A stretch of 64,000 nt of DNA, taken from positions 637,009 through 701,008 of the forward strand of contig OZ246402.1 of NCBI GenBank assembly GCA_965230975.1, given 5' to 3'. Made by a program: the position numbers and the translations under genes. Shown one piece after another: positions 1-8,322 of the stretch. The DNA is from an uncultured Candidatus Saccharibacteria bacterium (GTDB lineage Bacteria > Patescibacteriota > Dojkabacteria > J137). The notes under the pieces were generated by a model that did not search any database, was not told the origin of the DNA, and saw nothing but the letters and a program-made list of their open reading frames with translations. Position 1 is the first letter of the stretch; each line of letters starts with the position of its first letter.

Positions 1-628
1 AAATATCAATCTCTATTGTTTTTAGAATTTCTTTTGACCATACTATCTTTTTATCCAGAATTGTTTTGAACTGATAGTATTCAAGGAAGAGTATGGAATT
101 TAATAAATTAAAGTAATTAATTTTACTTAGAAAATAGTTTTTAGAATCTACATTTTTCAATCCTACATCAATTGCATTTAATAGTATTAACAAGTAATTC
201 TTTAGATTATCAATCGCCCCTAGAAATAAAATAATATTTTCAGTTTCATCTATATTATTAAGTGCATTAACAAGCTCATTTAGTTCAGCAATTATAAGGT
301 CGCATTTTTCTGCTAGTGAAATACTAGTTAATAAACCTGGGTAATAATTTAGTCCTCGCAATAGTACCTTTGTCTTAGTCTGAACAATCCTATATTTATT
401 AGTTGAGAAATATATACCTAGAGGAGTTAGGTTTGATTTATTTTTAAAAGTATTCAAAGGTAATTGATAAGCACCTGTTGTATGAATTGATTTTTTTATT
501 AAATCAAAGTTTTTATCTAGGGTAAGAATATTATCTTCTATTAAAGAATATCTATGTGCATATGTTTCCCAATTACCTTGAATAAGCCTACTGGGCAAAT
601 TCACAGTATGTCCTAATATGTTTTTCAT
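1..628 (-). CDS. Hypothetical protein, partial. The gene runs off the 5' edge of the window; its ATG is at 628-626 on the minus strand
   Basis: Minus-strand translation from 628 is uninterrupted (MKNILGHTVNLPSRLIQGNWETYAHRYSLIEDNIL...) down to base 1. It is absent from the ORF track, presumably because no stop lies inside the window. Confidence 0.35.
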   Translation of the reverse strand, partial: MKNILGHTVNLPSRLIQGNWETYAHRYSLIEDNILTLDKNFDLIKKSIHTTGAYQLPLNTFKNKSNLTPLGIYFSTNKYRIVQTKTKVLLRGLNYYPGLLTSISLAEKCDLIIAELNELVNALNNIDETENIILFLGAIDNLKNYLLILLNAIDVGLKNVDSKNYFLSKINYFNLLNSILFLEYYQFKTILDKKIVWSKEILKTIEIDI

Positions 629-747
629 AGATTTAGTATAAGAAGTCGATGCTTTATATCACAATACAGTCAAGGTTGCATTGTATCGCAATACAATTTT
701 TAATAATTTGAAGATTATACAAAGAATGTATAAGAAATAGAAGCTAA

Positions 748-1299
748 TTATCGAAATTTTCCAAGCCCAGTAGTGTTCTCTCCTTCATCAAGTTCGTCCT
801 CGTCATCTGATATCATTTCCGGATCCATTTCACCAGTGAACATTGGATCAAGTCCGTAAGCCAATTTTAGATCAATTGGTAGATTATAGTTTGCTATCCA
901 GACTCTACGATCATATTTCTCAATACGAATAGGTCTTGCCAGAGCCTCTGGTTCTGTAAGTTCAAAAAGTGTTATGTATCTTTTCCCCGAAACTCGTTCG
1001 AACATCCTTCTAGCGTGCTCTTCATCATCAAGTCCAACTCTATCTTGAATTGTCAATAAAATATCAAGAATCTGCATAGGGTTGGATATCTCATGATATG
1101 TAACTTTAGGGATTAAAATTCTACCAACTACTGGACCACCCGACTCCTTTACGTATAACATATCACCATCCTTGATGGCATTATAGGGTGCTATCCGTCT
1201 ATCGCTCAGTTTAATATCAATTGTTTTCTCACCATTAAACATCATGTTGATATAGTCTTTATTTCCACGTTTTCTGCTATAAATTCCTAAATGATTCAT
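748..1299 (-). CDS. ASCH/PUA-like domain protein with an acidic C-terminal tail
   Basis: GEKTIDIKLSDRR...IKDGDMLYV resembles the ASCH motif G-K-T-I-E-x-R followed by a GD beta-strand. The C-terminus is rich in D/E. Confidence 0.45.
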   Translation of the reverse strand: MNHLGIYSRKRGNKDYINMMFNGEKTIDIKLSDRRIAPYNAIKDGDMLYVKESGGPVVGRILIPKVTYHEISNPMQILDILLTIQDRVGLDDEEHARRMFERVSGKRYITLFELTEPEALARPIRIEKYDRRVWIANYNLPIDLKLAYGLDPMFTGEMDPEMISDDEDELDEGENTTGLGKFR

Positions 1300-1325
1300 A
1301 AAATGATCTACCTGTTATATAATTA

Positions 1326-1850
1326 TTGCAATGTAAATTATATTCTATGGACGATTCATTTGAAAGTACAATTGAATTTATCAAGACGGAGAAACTGAAA
1401 GGTAACAGTGTGGTATTGATGAAAGGTGTTTTTGATTTAATACATTCTGATCACATTAAATGCTTTGAGTTACTTAAGCAGAATGCGGATATTCTCGTTG
1501 TCCTAATTATTGGAAATAAAGCTACAGCTAAAATCAAGCCAGGTAGACCAATACAAGATGAACAATCACGGATGAAAATTATCTCTAGTCTTAAGGCTGT
1601 AGATTTCTGCACGCTTGATTATGATTCGACTGACCCGTTAACAGGAGAATATTCGAAAGATGTCGACATTCATAAGTTAAGACAACTTAATCCTGATATA
1701 TGGGCTGTTTCGCAAGGTCGCAAAGCGAAGTTTGAAAACTATGATTTGGGTGATATCAAGATTATAGAAGTTCCAGAAGGGCAGGATCATTCTACTACAA
1801 AGATTATCGAGAAGATTTTAGAAGTATACTCAAATCAACAAAAATCTTAA
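1326..1850 (+). CDS. Cytidylyltransferase-family nucleotidyltransferase (HxGH class, TagD/ECT/CCT-like)
   Basis: VVLMKGVFDLIHSDH matches the (T/H)xGH nucleotidyltransferase signature GxFDxxHxGH. The size is about 170 aa. Confidence 0.55.
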   Translation: MQCKLYSMDDSFESTIEFIKTEKLKGNSVVLMKGVFDLIHSDHIKCFELLKQNADILVVLIIGNKATAKIKPGRPIQDEQSRMKIISSLKAVDFCTLDYDSTDPLTGEYSKDVDIHKLRQLNPDIWAVSQGRKAKFENYDLGDIKIIEVPEGQDHSTTKIIEKILEVYSNQQKS

Positions 1851-2777
1851 TTCATCTTTTAATATCGCAACAGAAGACACAAATCTTGGGTCTTCCATGT
1901 CAATATCATTATCTTGATAGTAGGCTAATAACTGGATTTCTCTAATAACAGAAAAGAGACTAACTTGCTGAGCAAATTCTCCTAGTTTTATATTAAGTAG
2001 CTTTGAAAGTTTTTGCTCATGACGTTCATAGAGACCTAACTTATCTGCTTCCCTTAGAAGCTTTTTGAACTGTGCAAAATCTATAAATCCTAAAGACTTG
2101 ACTGCATTAGCCCAGTCGATTACATAAATAGAATTGTCGCTACTAATGATATTCTGCAACTCTAAATCTGCATGTTCCAAAACAATAGGTAATGATAGTT
2201 TATATGCATCCAATAATCTATTTTTTATTGAATTCCTATTTTTGAATGCGACATGAATAGCTTCTATATTTGAAAATTCCACAGATTTACCAATTTTCGA
2301 AATAGGATTCAGAAACATCCAGTCAATATTTTTTTGAATATCGATTTTTTGCCCTTCAAATAAAGTTTTAAAGTGTAGATATTTATCAGTTAGCCAATTT
2401 TTAAGCTGGTCGAAATCGATATCCTTACTATTAGTATTAATCCAACTTAAGATAAGGATGCCTTCCGATTTATCGGCAAAAATTAATTTTGGAGTGCCTA
2501 ATGCAGATGCAATTAGATACTTCTCATAAATATCTATCTCTCTTGCCTGCCATTGTTCTGGATTAAATACTTTTACAGCATATGTAACTTCATTTTTAGG
2601 TAGCTCGACTTTGTAGACGTCAGAAGCCTTACCCTGAGGCATATAAGTTATGACAGGTTGTTCCTTTTTCAGCCTAATTGGGAACTGCGCACTAAATAAA
2701 ATGCTTTCAATTTTAGCTAGCTGTTTCACTTCAATTTTTATCATATTTACTAACAATTCGATCAATGGGTTTAACAC
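1830..2777 (-). CDS. Phosphotransferase of the APH/choline-kinase (protein-kinase-like) fold
   Basis: HADLELQNII...IYVIDWANA matches the Brenner HxDxxxxN catalytic motif and the downstream D of the DFG-equivalent in aminoglycoside/choline kinase family enzymes. Confidence 0.5.
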   Translation of the reverse strand: MLNPLIELLVNMIKIEVKQLAKIESILFSAQFPIRLKKEQPVITYMPQGKASDVYKVELPKNEVTYAVKVFNPEQWQAREIDIYEKYLIASALGTPKLIFADKSEGILILSWINTNSKDIDFDQLKNWLTDKYLHFKTLFEGQKIDIQKNIDWMFLNPISKIGKSVEFSNIEAIHVAFKNRNSIKNRLLDAYKLSLPIVLEHADLELQNIISSDNSIYVIDWANAVKSLGFIDFAQFKKLLREADKLGLYERHEQKLSKLLNIKLGEFAQQVSLFSVIREIQLLAYYQDNDIDMEDPRFVSSVAILKDELRFLLI

Positions 2778-3570
2778 CTTGCTTATCGTATTCCTGATAC
2801 TTTTTGATTAGATCAGAATGCCAATTCCTATTTGTCCACTCAGAGTAATCTTTATATTTATCATCCAGTCTTTTAAGGTTGGTGACAATTGACTCATAAG
2901 TAGCATCATTACAAATACCCATTTCCCCATATAGACGTGTGTAGTTAATCAGCACTAAGGGTAAATAACTGAAACCTTCTGGATATACTTTTGCGAGTTG
3001 TAGACTGTAATCGTAGTCTTCATAAAGAGTTAGCGACTCATCCCAGCCTTCAATTAACTTGGTTGCTTCCGCTATATGTATTAAACCATTTGGATCGCCT
3101 TCAAATTCATGACTCCAAAGATCCGCAATGGTGGGATATGGAGACTTTGTACTTTCTTCTTTATACGTTCTAAACTCCCCGTCCACTAAGTGTAATAATC
3201 TAAAATTCAGCGCTGGATAGAGAAACTTGATTTCTTTATTAGATGAAAATTTTTCCAGTGAACTTTCAAGCCAAGTAGAATACGCAGTATTATCACTATC
3301 CAGATAAGCTATGTAGTCTCCGCTTGCTAGTTGATATCCCTGCTTACGTGCTCCTGCTGGACTGTGAGCAAATTGATTTTTAACATATTTAATTCTGTGA
3401 TCAGCCCTAAACTCTCGCATTAGCTTTTCTGTATCATCCGTTGAACGATCATCAACAACTACTAATTCCCAATTACTGTGTGTTTGACTTTGAATGCTTA
3501 AGATTGCCTTCCAAAGTACGTAGGCTCTGTTGTATGTTGGCATTACTATCGATACTTTTTTATCTTTCAT
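2731..3570 (-). CDS. Family 2 glycosyltransferase
   Basis: The N-terminal VSIVMPTYNRAYVLWKAILSIQSQTHSNWELVVVDDRSTDDT is the typical GT2 opening, followed by the DxD region YLDSDN. Confidence 0.75.
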   Translation of the reverse strand: MKDKKVSIVMPTYNRAYVLWKAILSIQSQTHSNWELVVVDDRSTDDTEKLMREFRADHRIKYVKNQFAHSPAGARKQGYQLASGDYIAYLDSDNTAYSTWLESSLEKFSSNKEIKFLYPALNFRLLHLVDGEFRTYKEESTKSPYPTIADLWSHEFEGDPNGLIHIAEATKLIEGWDESLTLYEDYDYSLQLAKVYPEGFSYLPLVLINYTRLYGEMGICNDATYESIVTNLKRLDDKYKDYSEWTNRNWHSDLIKKYQEYDKQGVKPIDRIVSKYDKN

Positions 3571-3648
3571 TTGTAAACTATAAGATCTATATAAGTGATT
3601 ATACCTTGAAGACCAAGATTAATCGCAAAATTTAACGTGCTCTAAATA

Positions 3649-4158
3649 CTATAAAATTCTTTCGAATTTGCGAGATGTTGTATCAGGCCAATAAATGTAA
3701 ACCTCTTTAAAGTAATCACTAGATAAAAACTCATTCTCGAATTCTTTACTAATTCGGTCTAAGGTGGAATCAGTAAAAAGAGGATCATAAATCCATAAAA
3801 TCAATATTCCTTTTCCATATTGATCTAAGGCATTTGTATAAGATTTCTTATTTATCTTTCTCTCTACTCCTTCAACAGTAGAATACGAAATCATTTTGTC
3901 TGGTTCAATTATAACTTCTTGGGGGCGTTGATAATCTCCTCCAGTTGCAAATGAGTACACATCTCTTGCTTCTTCTTCGCTCCTAAATACATCAGTTATT
4001 TCTATCCATTCAAGCAACTCCTTATTAGATTTTAGAATTGCATCAGGTGGATCTGGAGTTTCGTGCACTGAATAAATATTTGAATCTGAACTTATATGTT
4101 TTGCAAAATCCGTTGCTACAGCTAGTTCGTGTAGCCTTTTAACTTCTTGTGTTGTCAT
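3649..4158 (-). CDS. Hypothetical protein
   Basis: A 169-aa ORF six nucleotides downstream of the 4165-5007 ORF on the same strand. I recognised no motif. Confidence 0.35.
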   Translation of the reverse strand: MTTQEVKRLHELAVATDFAKHISSDSNIYSVHETPDPPDAILKSNKELLEWIEITDVFRSEEEARDVYSFATGGDYQRPQEVIIEPDKMISYSTVEGVERKINKKSYTNALDQYGKGILILWIYDPLFTDSTLDRISKEFENEFLSSDYFKEVYIYWPDTTSRKFERIL

Positions 4159-4164
4159 GACTAA

Positions 4165-5007
4165 TTATATCAATGTAAATTGAATTGTATTCGATAATCC
4201 ACGTTGTGTTGCTTGTACATTTATTAAGCCTTTTAGAGCATTTACATAATTAATTAGAAAAGAATAATAGGAGTCTACATAGTTAACATAAAAACTATCC
4301 ATCAAGTTTTCCTCAATTATATCTAAATCTTTATAGTTAGCTCTAATACGATACCAGTAGATTAATTCAAATATATTAATTGGGTTTCTATCTAAACTAG
4401 CTCGTTTCTCCCGATCTATTCTTGTTCTAATAGCTCCGCCCTTACAATTTCTTCTTAAATCTTCTGTCTTATATCTATGAATAATCTTAAGTATTTGTAT
4501 ACATCGCTGATCATGATTATTTGTAAGATTACTCAAATTAGCACCAGCTGGAATACTAATTGTCTTTAAACTAACTCCACTTTCCGTCCAATTAAAATAT
4601 GGTTGAGTAAAGCTAATTTCACCGCTTTTTATTAGCTGGGTTATAGCTTTTAATGATCCAATATGTGAAGCATTCAGATTTGTTAGGTTACCTGAATCTA
4701 AATATTGGATTAGGCACATCAAATGATAGATCGTATAGTAACCTTTAACCGGTAGCCAAATACTTAATAGTTTTGCGTATGCATTGTTTGTATGTGCCAT
4801 ATTAACCTCCATTTCTATGCTTTCTAATGTCAAATTAGCTAGTCCTAATTTATTATTAAGAGCTCGACTTGCAGACAGTTGGCTTCTATAAGTCTTATTT
4901 AAATTACAGCTTAACTGACTTGAAATTGCACTTAAAAATTCCAAATAGTTTTGATGGGTTGTAAAATCTTGTGAAGGTTGGAAATTAAAATTTGCAGGTA
5001 ATGGCAT
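4165..5007 (-). CDS. Hypothetical protein
   Basis: A 280-aa ORF. It forms a probable two-gene operon with 3649-4158. Confidence 0.35.
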   Translation of the reverse strand: MPLPANFNFQPSQDFTTHQNYLEFLSAISSQLSCNLNKTYRSQLSASRALNNKLGLANLTLESIEMEVNMAHTNNAYAKLLSIWLPVKGYYTIYHLMCLIQYLDSGNLTNLNASHIGSLKAITQLIKSGEISFTQPYFNWTESGVSLKTISIPAGANLSNLTNNHDQRCIQILKIIHRYKTEDLRRNCKGGAIRTRIDREKRASLDRNPINIFELIYWYRIRANYKDLDIIEENLMDSFYVNYVDSYYSFLINYVNALKGLINVQATQRGLSNTIQFTLI

Positions 5008-5066
5008 ATTTAGGAATTTATGTATATGCCTTGGATTATAACTCCACTAGATGATTTAAGACTAAT

Positions 5067-6098
5067 TTATAACAACATCTCAGCTCCATCCTTATCAACA
5101 AATTTCCACTTCTTATTACTACCAGAAGTCTTCTTATGCTTCTTAAAGAATTTTTTATTATCTTCAACCATATAAACTGTAAAGTAAGTCTTACCTTCTG
5201 AATCTTTTAATTCACGTCCAATAAGTTCACCATTTCGTTGCATTTTTCTAACTGTAGCAGAATGTATTCCAAACTCACTTTTAAATTGCCAACTTGCAAT
5301 CCAAAGATCATGGTTTTTAATAATTTCAGCTGGTATTACTCTTTCTTTTACATTTCTTCTACAATCAACACATTGAATACCATCTAAAGTCCACCAAGAT
5401 TCACTGGCTTTAAGACCTCTAGAGCAAAGATTGCATGAATAACCAGATTCTCGATCTTCTAAAAAGAAACCTTCAGGTTCCTTTTCTAATCTTTTCTTTC
5501 TTAACCTCTCAGTTATTTCTACCTTAGCAAATAATCTTGCTATTTCTGCGGTATTTGAATATTTAGAAAGTTTCTCGGGATCTAATTCTGCTTTAGGTTC
5601 TTCTTTCTTTTTACCAAACAATTCGTGCAAATCTTCATCTCTTTCATATCCTTTTAATCGTCCTGAAATATATCCTAATCTATATGAAGTACCCTCTGGT
5701 GCAAGTCTCCAGTTTGTTATCTCTAAAGCTTCTTTAATTATTTTTTCTAATTCTTTAGTACTATCTTTGGTGTTTCTATTTGTATCATTATCTTGAACAG
5801 AGAATGGGACTATGACGAATCGAGTAATTTCAGGTTTATCTAAAGCTAATCTTTTAAATTTATATTTAACTAGCTTTTTATTAAGTAACTTTTCAAGCTC
5901 AATAATGGTTAGCTTTTCTACATTAAAGGTTTTTTCATAAACAGGATCTTGATGTTTTTGAAGTTCATATTCATATACTTCATTCATAAACTTTAGTTGT
6001 TCAAATCCATCTAGTAACTCCTCGCCTTTTTCTTTTGATAAACAAAACTCAGGTCTATATTTTTCAAGTAATTCTTTCTCTTTTTGTTTTTTCTGCAC
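5067..6098 (-). CDS. Hypothetical Cys-cluster protein. It is possibly the C-terminal portion of a gene interrupted by an in-frame TGA (see 6261-6692)
   Basis: The ORF starts at GTG. It contains CNLCSRG...CVDCRR. The 54 codons upstream, up to the TGA of the preceding ORF, are in the same frame and encode a CPKC-x17-CTSC zinc ribbon with no start codon. Confidence 0.45.
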   Translation of the reverse strand: MQKKQKEKELLEKYRPEFCLSKEKGEELLDGFEQLKFMNEVYEYELQKHQDPVYEKTFNVEKLTIIELEKLLNKKLVKYKFKRLALDKPEITRFVIVPFSVQDNDTNRNTKDSTKELEKIIKEALEITNWRLAPEGTSYRLGYISGRLKGYERDEDLHELFGKKKEEPKAELDPEKLSKYSNTAEIARLFAKVEITERLRKKRLEKEPEGFFLEDRESGYSCNLCSRGLKASESWWTLDGIQCVDCRRNVKERVIPAEIIKNHDLWIASWQFKSEFGIHSATVRKMQRNGELIGRELKDSEGKTYFTVYMVEDNKKFFKKHKKTSGSNKKWKFVDKDGAEMLL

Positions 6099-6260
6099 TC
6101 TTTCTTCTTCATCTTTTTTAAAGTCATTAACTTCTACATCCTTATAACTACATGAAGTACATTTTATTGTAGTAGTAACTATATCACCCTTTCGTTTATA
6201 ACTATGTTTAACTTCTGACTTACATTTTGGACAAAGATCGGGCTCATGTACCCATTCTGT

Positions 6261-6692
6261 TCAATCTTCAAAGATATGTTTTCTTTCTTTACATACAGGA
6301 CATTCAAGGAAGAACAACACTTTCTGAGGTTTAGTATCATGCCAATCAAGTGTTTTTAATTTTACTGTCATTAACTTCTTACAAGTAGTGCATTTGATAG
6401 CTGGTGCAGGAGTATTATCATATTTATCTTGTTTCTGTTTATCCTCATTCATCCATTCATTGATTTCAGATTCTCGATTCTTGTACCTATGGAGCTTAAT
6501 ACTTAGAAGTTGTTGATTAAGGACATAATTCCAGCCTTTATTAATTTCTTCTATTGGAGTATTTTTGATTTCAGGAGATTTGAGTGAATCTTTAGCAACT
6601 TTGTTTATAAATTCGGCTTTATCGAGGCAAAGTTCAATAGTTAGTAAGTCGTAACGATCTTCATAGTATTGTTCATCTTGAAGATATTTCAT
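6261..6692 (-). CDS. Hypothetical zinc-ribbon protein. It is possibly the N-terminal portion of an interrupted gene
   Basis: The C-terminus CTTCKK-x22-CPVCK is a zinc ribbon. The ORF ends with TGA at 6263-6261, in frame with the downstream ORF. It lies immediately downstream of lexA. Confidence 0.45.
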   Translation of the reverse strand: MKYLQDEQYYEDRYDLLTIELCLDKAEFINKVAKDSLKSPEIKNTPIEEINKGWNYVLNQQLLSIKLHRYKNRESEINEWMNEDKQKQDKYDNTPAPAIKCTTCKKLMTVKLKTLDWHDTKPQKVLFFLECPVCKERKHIFED

Positions 6693-6704
6693 TAGATTTA
6701 ATAA

Positions 6705-7331
6705 TTATGCTTTAAAATCTTTGATAATCTGTATTACCTTTCCACAAATGGTGAATTTATATTGATCTTCTATATCTATGAATATAGGAGCATAGAATTT
6801 AGTGCTTTGAGATACTAGAGCAATCCTCTGATTATCTTCGTCAGTATAAATTTTTTTTATACAAGCACACCCGTCAATTATTGATACGACACAATCTCCA
6901 CTTTGAGGTGAAGTATTGGTACTATCAATGATTGCAAAATCTCCACTTTCTAGGTGTTTCCCATCGATCTTGAATTTGTTCATTGAATCTCCTATGGCTC
7001 TTATAGCAAATATTCCTCTCTTTTTTTTGATAATATTTTTGGAAACTTTTAATGAATCTGATATTGTGTCGCTAGCTAATAAGGTAGGTACTCCACAATT
7101 TGCCTCACCAAGTATAGGTATGTCTATAATTTCGTTATACGATTTTAAATCTTGGAAGATAGGTATATCTTTTTGAATAAATCCCTTTTTTTTGACCTGT
7201 TCAAGATGGTATTTTACTGTTTGCGGGTGTGAAACACCAATCAGTTTGCCCAATTTTCTTAAACTAATCTTTTCAATATCATATATTTTAGATATCTCTA
7301 CTATTTTATTCTGTGTATTATTGAAATTCAT
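6705..7331 (-). CDS. lexA: LexA-family transcriptional repressor (S24 peptidase)
   Basis: An N-terminal wHTH (LRKLGKLIGVSHPQTVKYHLEQ) plus AIRAIGDSMNKFKIDGKHLESGDFAIID (Ser nucleophile) and CIKKI (Lys), in the characteristic LexA/S24 arrangement. Length is 208 aa. Confidence 0.8.
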   Translation of the reverse strand: MNFNNTQNKIVEISKIYDIEKISLRKLGKLIGVSHPQTVKYHLEQVKKKGFIQKDIPIFQDLKSYNEIIDIPILGEANCGVPTLLASDTISDSLKVSKNIIKKKRGIFAIRAIGDSMNKFKIDGKHLESGDFAIIDSTNTSPQSGDCVVSIIDGCACIKKIYTDEDNQRIALVSQSTKFYAPIFIDIEDQYKFTICGKVIQIIKDFKA

Positions 7332-7554
7332 AAATAATTATATCACTATAATATACATTCAATCAATACTATTGACTTATTGACGAATCCGTAACATTTA
7401 CCTATTGTTTTTAGTTATGGATTATTTTATAATCTTTTCAATCTGAGGGCAAATAAAAAGCCCCACGCAAAGCATGAGGCAGTTTAGACAACTCCATTAT
7501 GAATTAAAATTCCAGGCTTTGCAAGATAAAAATTTTATTTATTAGGATATTTAT

Positions 7555-7734
7555 ATGTTCTATTTTGAGCTATACCTGGACAGAATAAATCAATGGAGAT
7601 GGAGGATCAAAAGTAGCGGTAATTATAAAACATTGGCTGATAGTGGAGAAAGTTATTACAACAAAGCTGATGCTATATATGCTATTAATTTGATAAAAAA
7701 CAATGCATTCTCTGCAATAATAATTGGTACATGA
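7555..7734 (+). CDS. DUF1508 (YegP/UPF0339) domain protein, 59 aa. It is not in the ORF track
   Basis: FELYLDRINQWRWRIKSSGNYKTLADSGESYYNKADAIYAINLIKNNA matches the YegP-repeat consensus (FEvykdk.g.wRfrLkA.NGeiia.Se.Y.sk..a.ngI.svk.NA). A rho-independent terminator follows. Confidence 0.6.
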   Translation: MFYFELYLDRINQWRWRIKSSGNYKTLADSGESYYNKADAIYAINLIKNNAFSAIIIGT

Positions 7735-7739
7735 CTACA

Positions 7740-7764
7740 GGAGCTCGATATAGAGCTCCTTTTT
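7740..7764 (+). terminator. Rho-independent terminator
   Basis: A perfect 7-bp stem GGAGCTC / GAGCTCC with a 6-nt loop, followed by TTTTT, directly after the DUF1508 ORF. Confidence 0.65.
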
Positions 7765-7779
7765 AATTTTTATAAGTAA

Positions 7780-8322
7780 TTGATGAAGACAATAGAACAA
7801 ACAATAAATATTGCGGGTATAATTTTTACAATAAAGGACGTGATCCTAATAATCCCCTTCTTATTGACAGTCGTTGGCGCTATATATTTAGCAATTAAAA
7901 CGAATATTAGATTCTCACAAAATCTAAAGCGTCCGGTTCTTTTTTTAAGTTTAGACACTGATAAAACCTGTGACTTAACTTTAGAAAAGGAAATAATCAA
8001 AAAAGCAAAATTTAAGATGACGTATGAGGCAGTACAAAATATTAGGAAATTTGAAAGTGGTGAACTTCAGGAATACTCCTGTTTAATTATTGGTTTTCAA
8101 AAAGATAAAAGTAGTTTTGAAGAACTAATTAAGGTCCTTTCACTAGTAAAATCAAATCAAAACATCCCCGTAATTATATATACTTTTGGAACAACTGCAT
8201 TTACTCCTGACCAATACAATAAAATATACGAAACCTATTCATTATATTCGATGGCAAATGTCCCGCTTAGGCTCATATCCGATTTATTTAATATTTTAGC
8301 AATTTATCCCAATGGAAAATAA
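7780..8322 (+). CDS. Small membrane protein with 1-2 N-terminal TM segments and a C-terminal alpha/beta domain
   Basis: Hydrophobic segments IAGIIFTI and VILIIPFLLTVVGAIYLAI lie within the first 40 aa. The stop overlaps the start of the next gene by 11 nt. Confidence 0.45.
   Translation: MMKTIEQTINIAGIIFTIKDVILIIPFLLTVVGAIYLAIKTNIRFSQNLKRPVLFLSLDTDKTCDLTLEKEIIKKAKFKMTYEAVQNIRKFESGELQEYSCLIIGFQKDKSSFEELIKVLSLVKSNQNIPVIIYTFGTTAFTPDQYNKIYETYSLYSMANVPLRLISDLFNILAIYPNGK

Noticed and set aside
2991-3635. Small plus-strand ORFs overlapping the GT2 gene (2991-3173, 3441-3635)
   Set aside because: They lie antisense within a well-supported glycosyltransferase gene and are probably non-coding.
6916-8000. 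ORFs 6916-7176 (+), 7192-7383 (+) and 7770-8000 (-)
   Set aside because: They lie antisense to, or overlap, lexA and the TM-protein gene. They are hydrophobic and low-complexity with no independent support.
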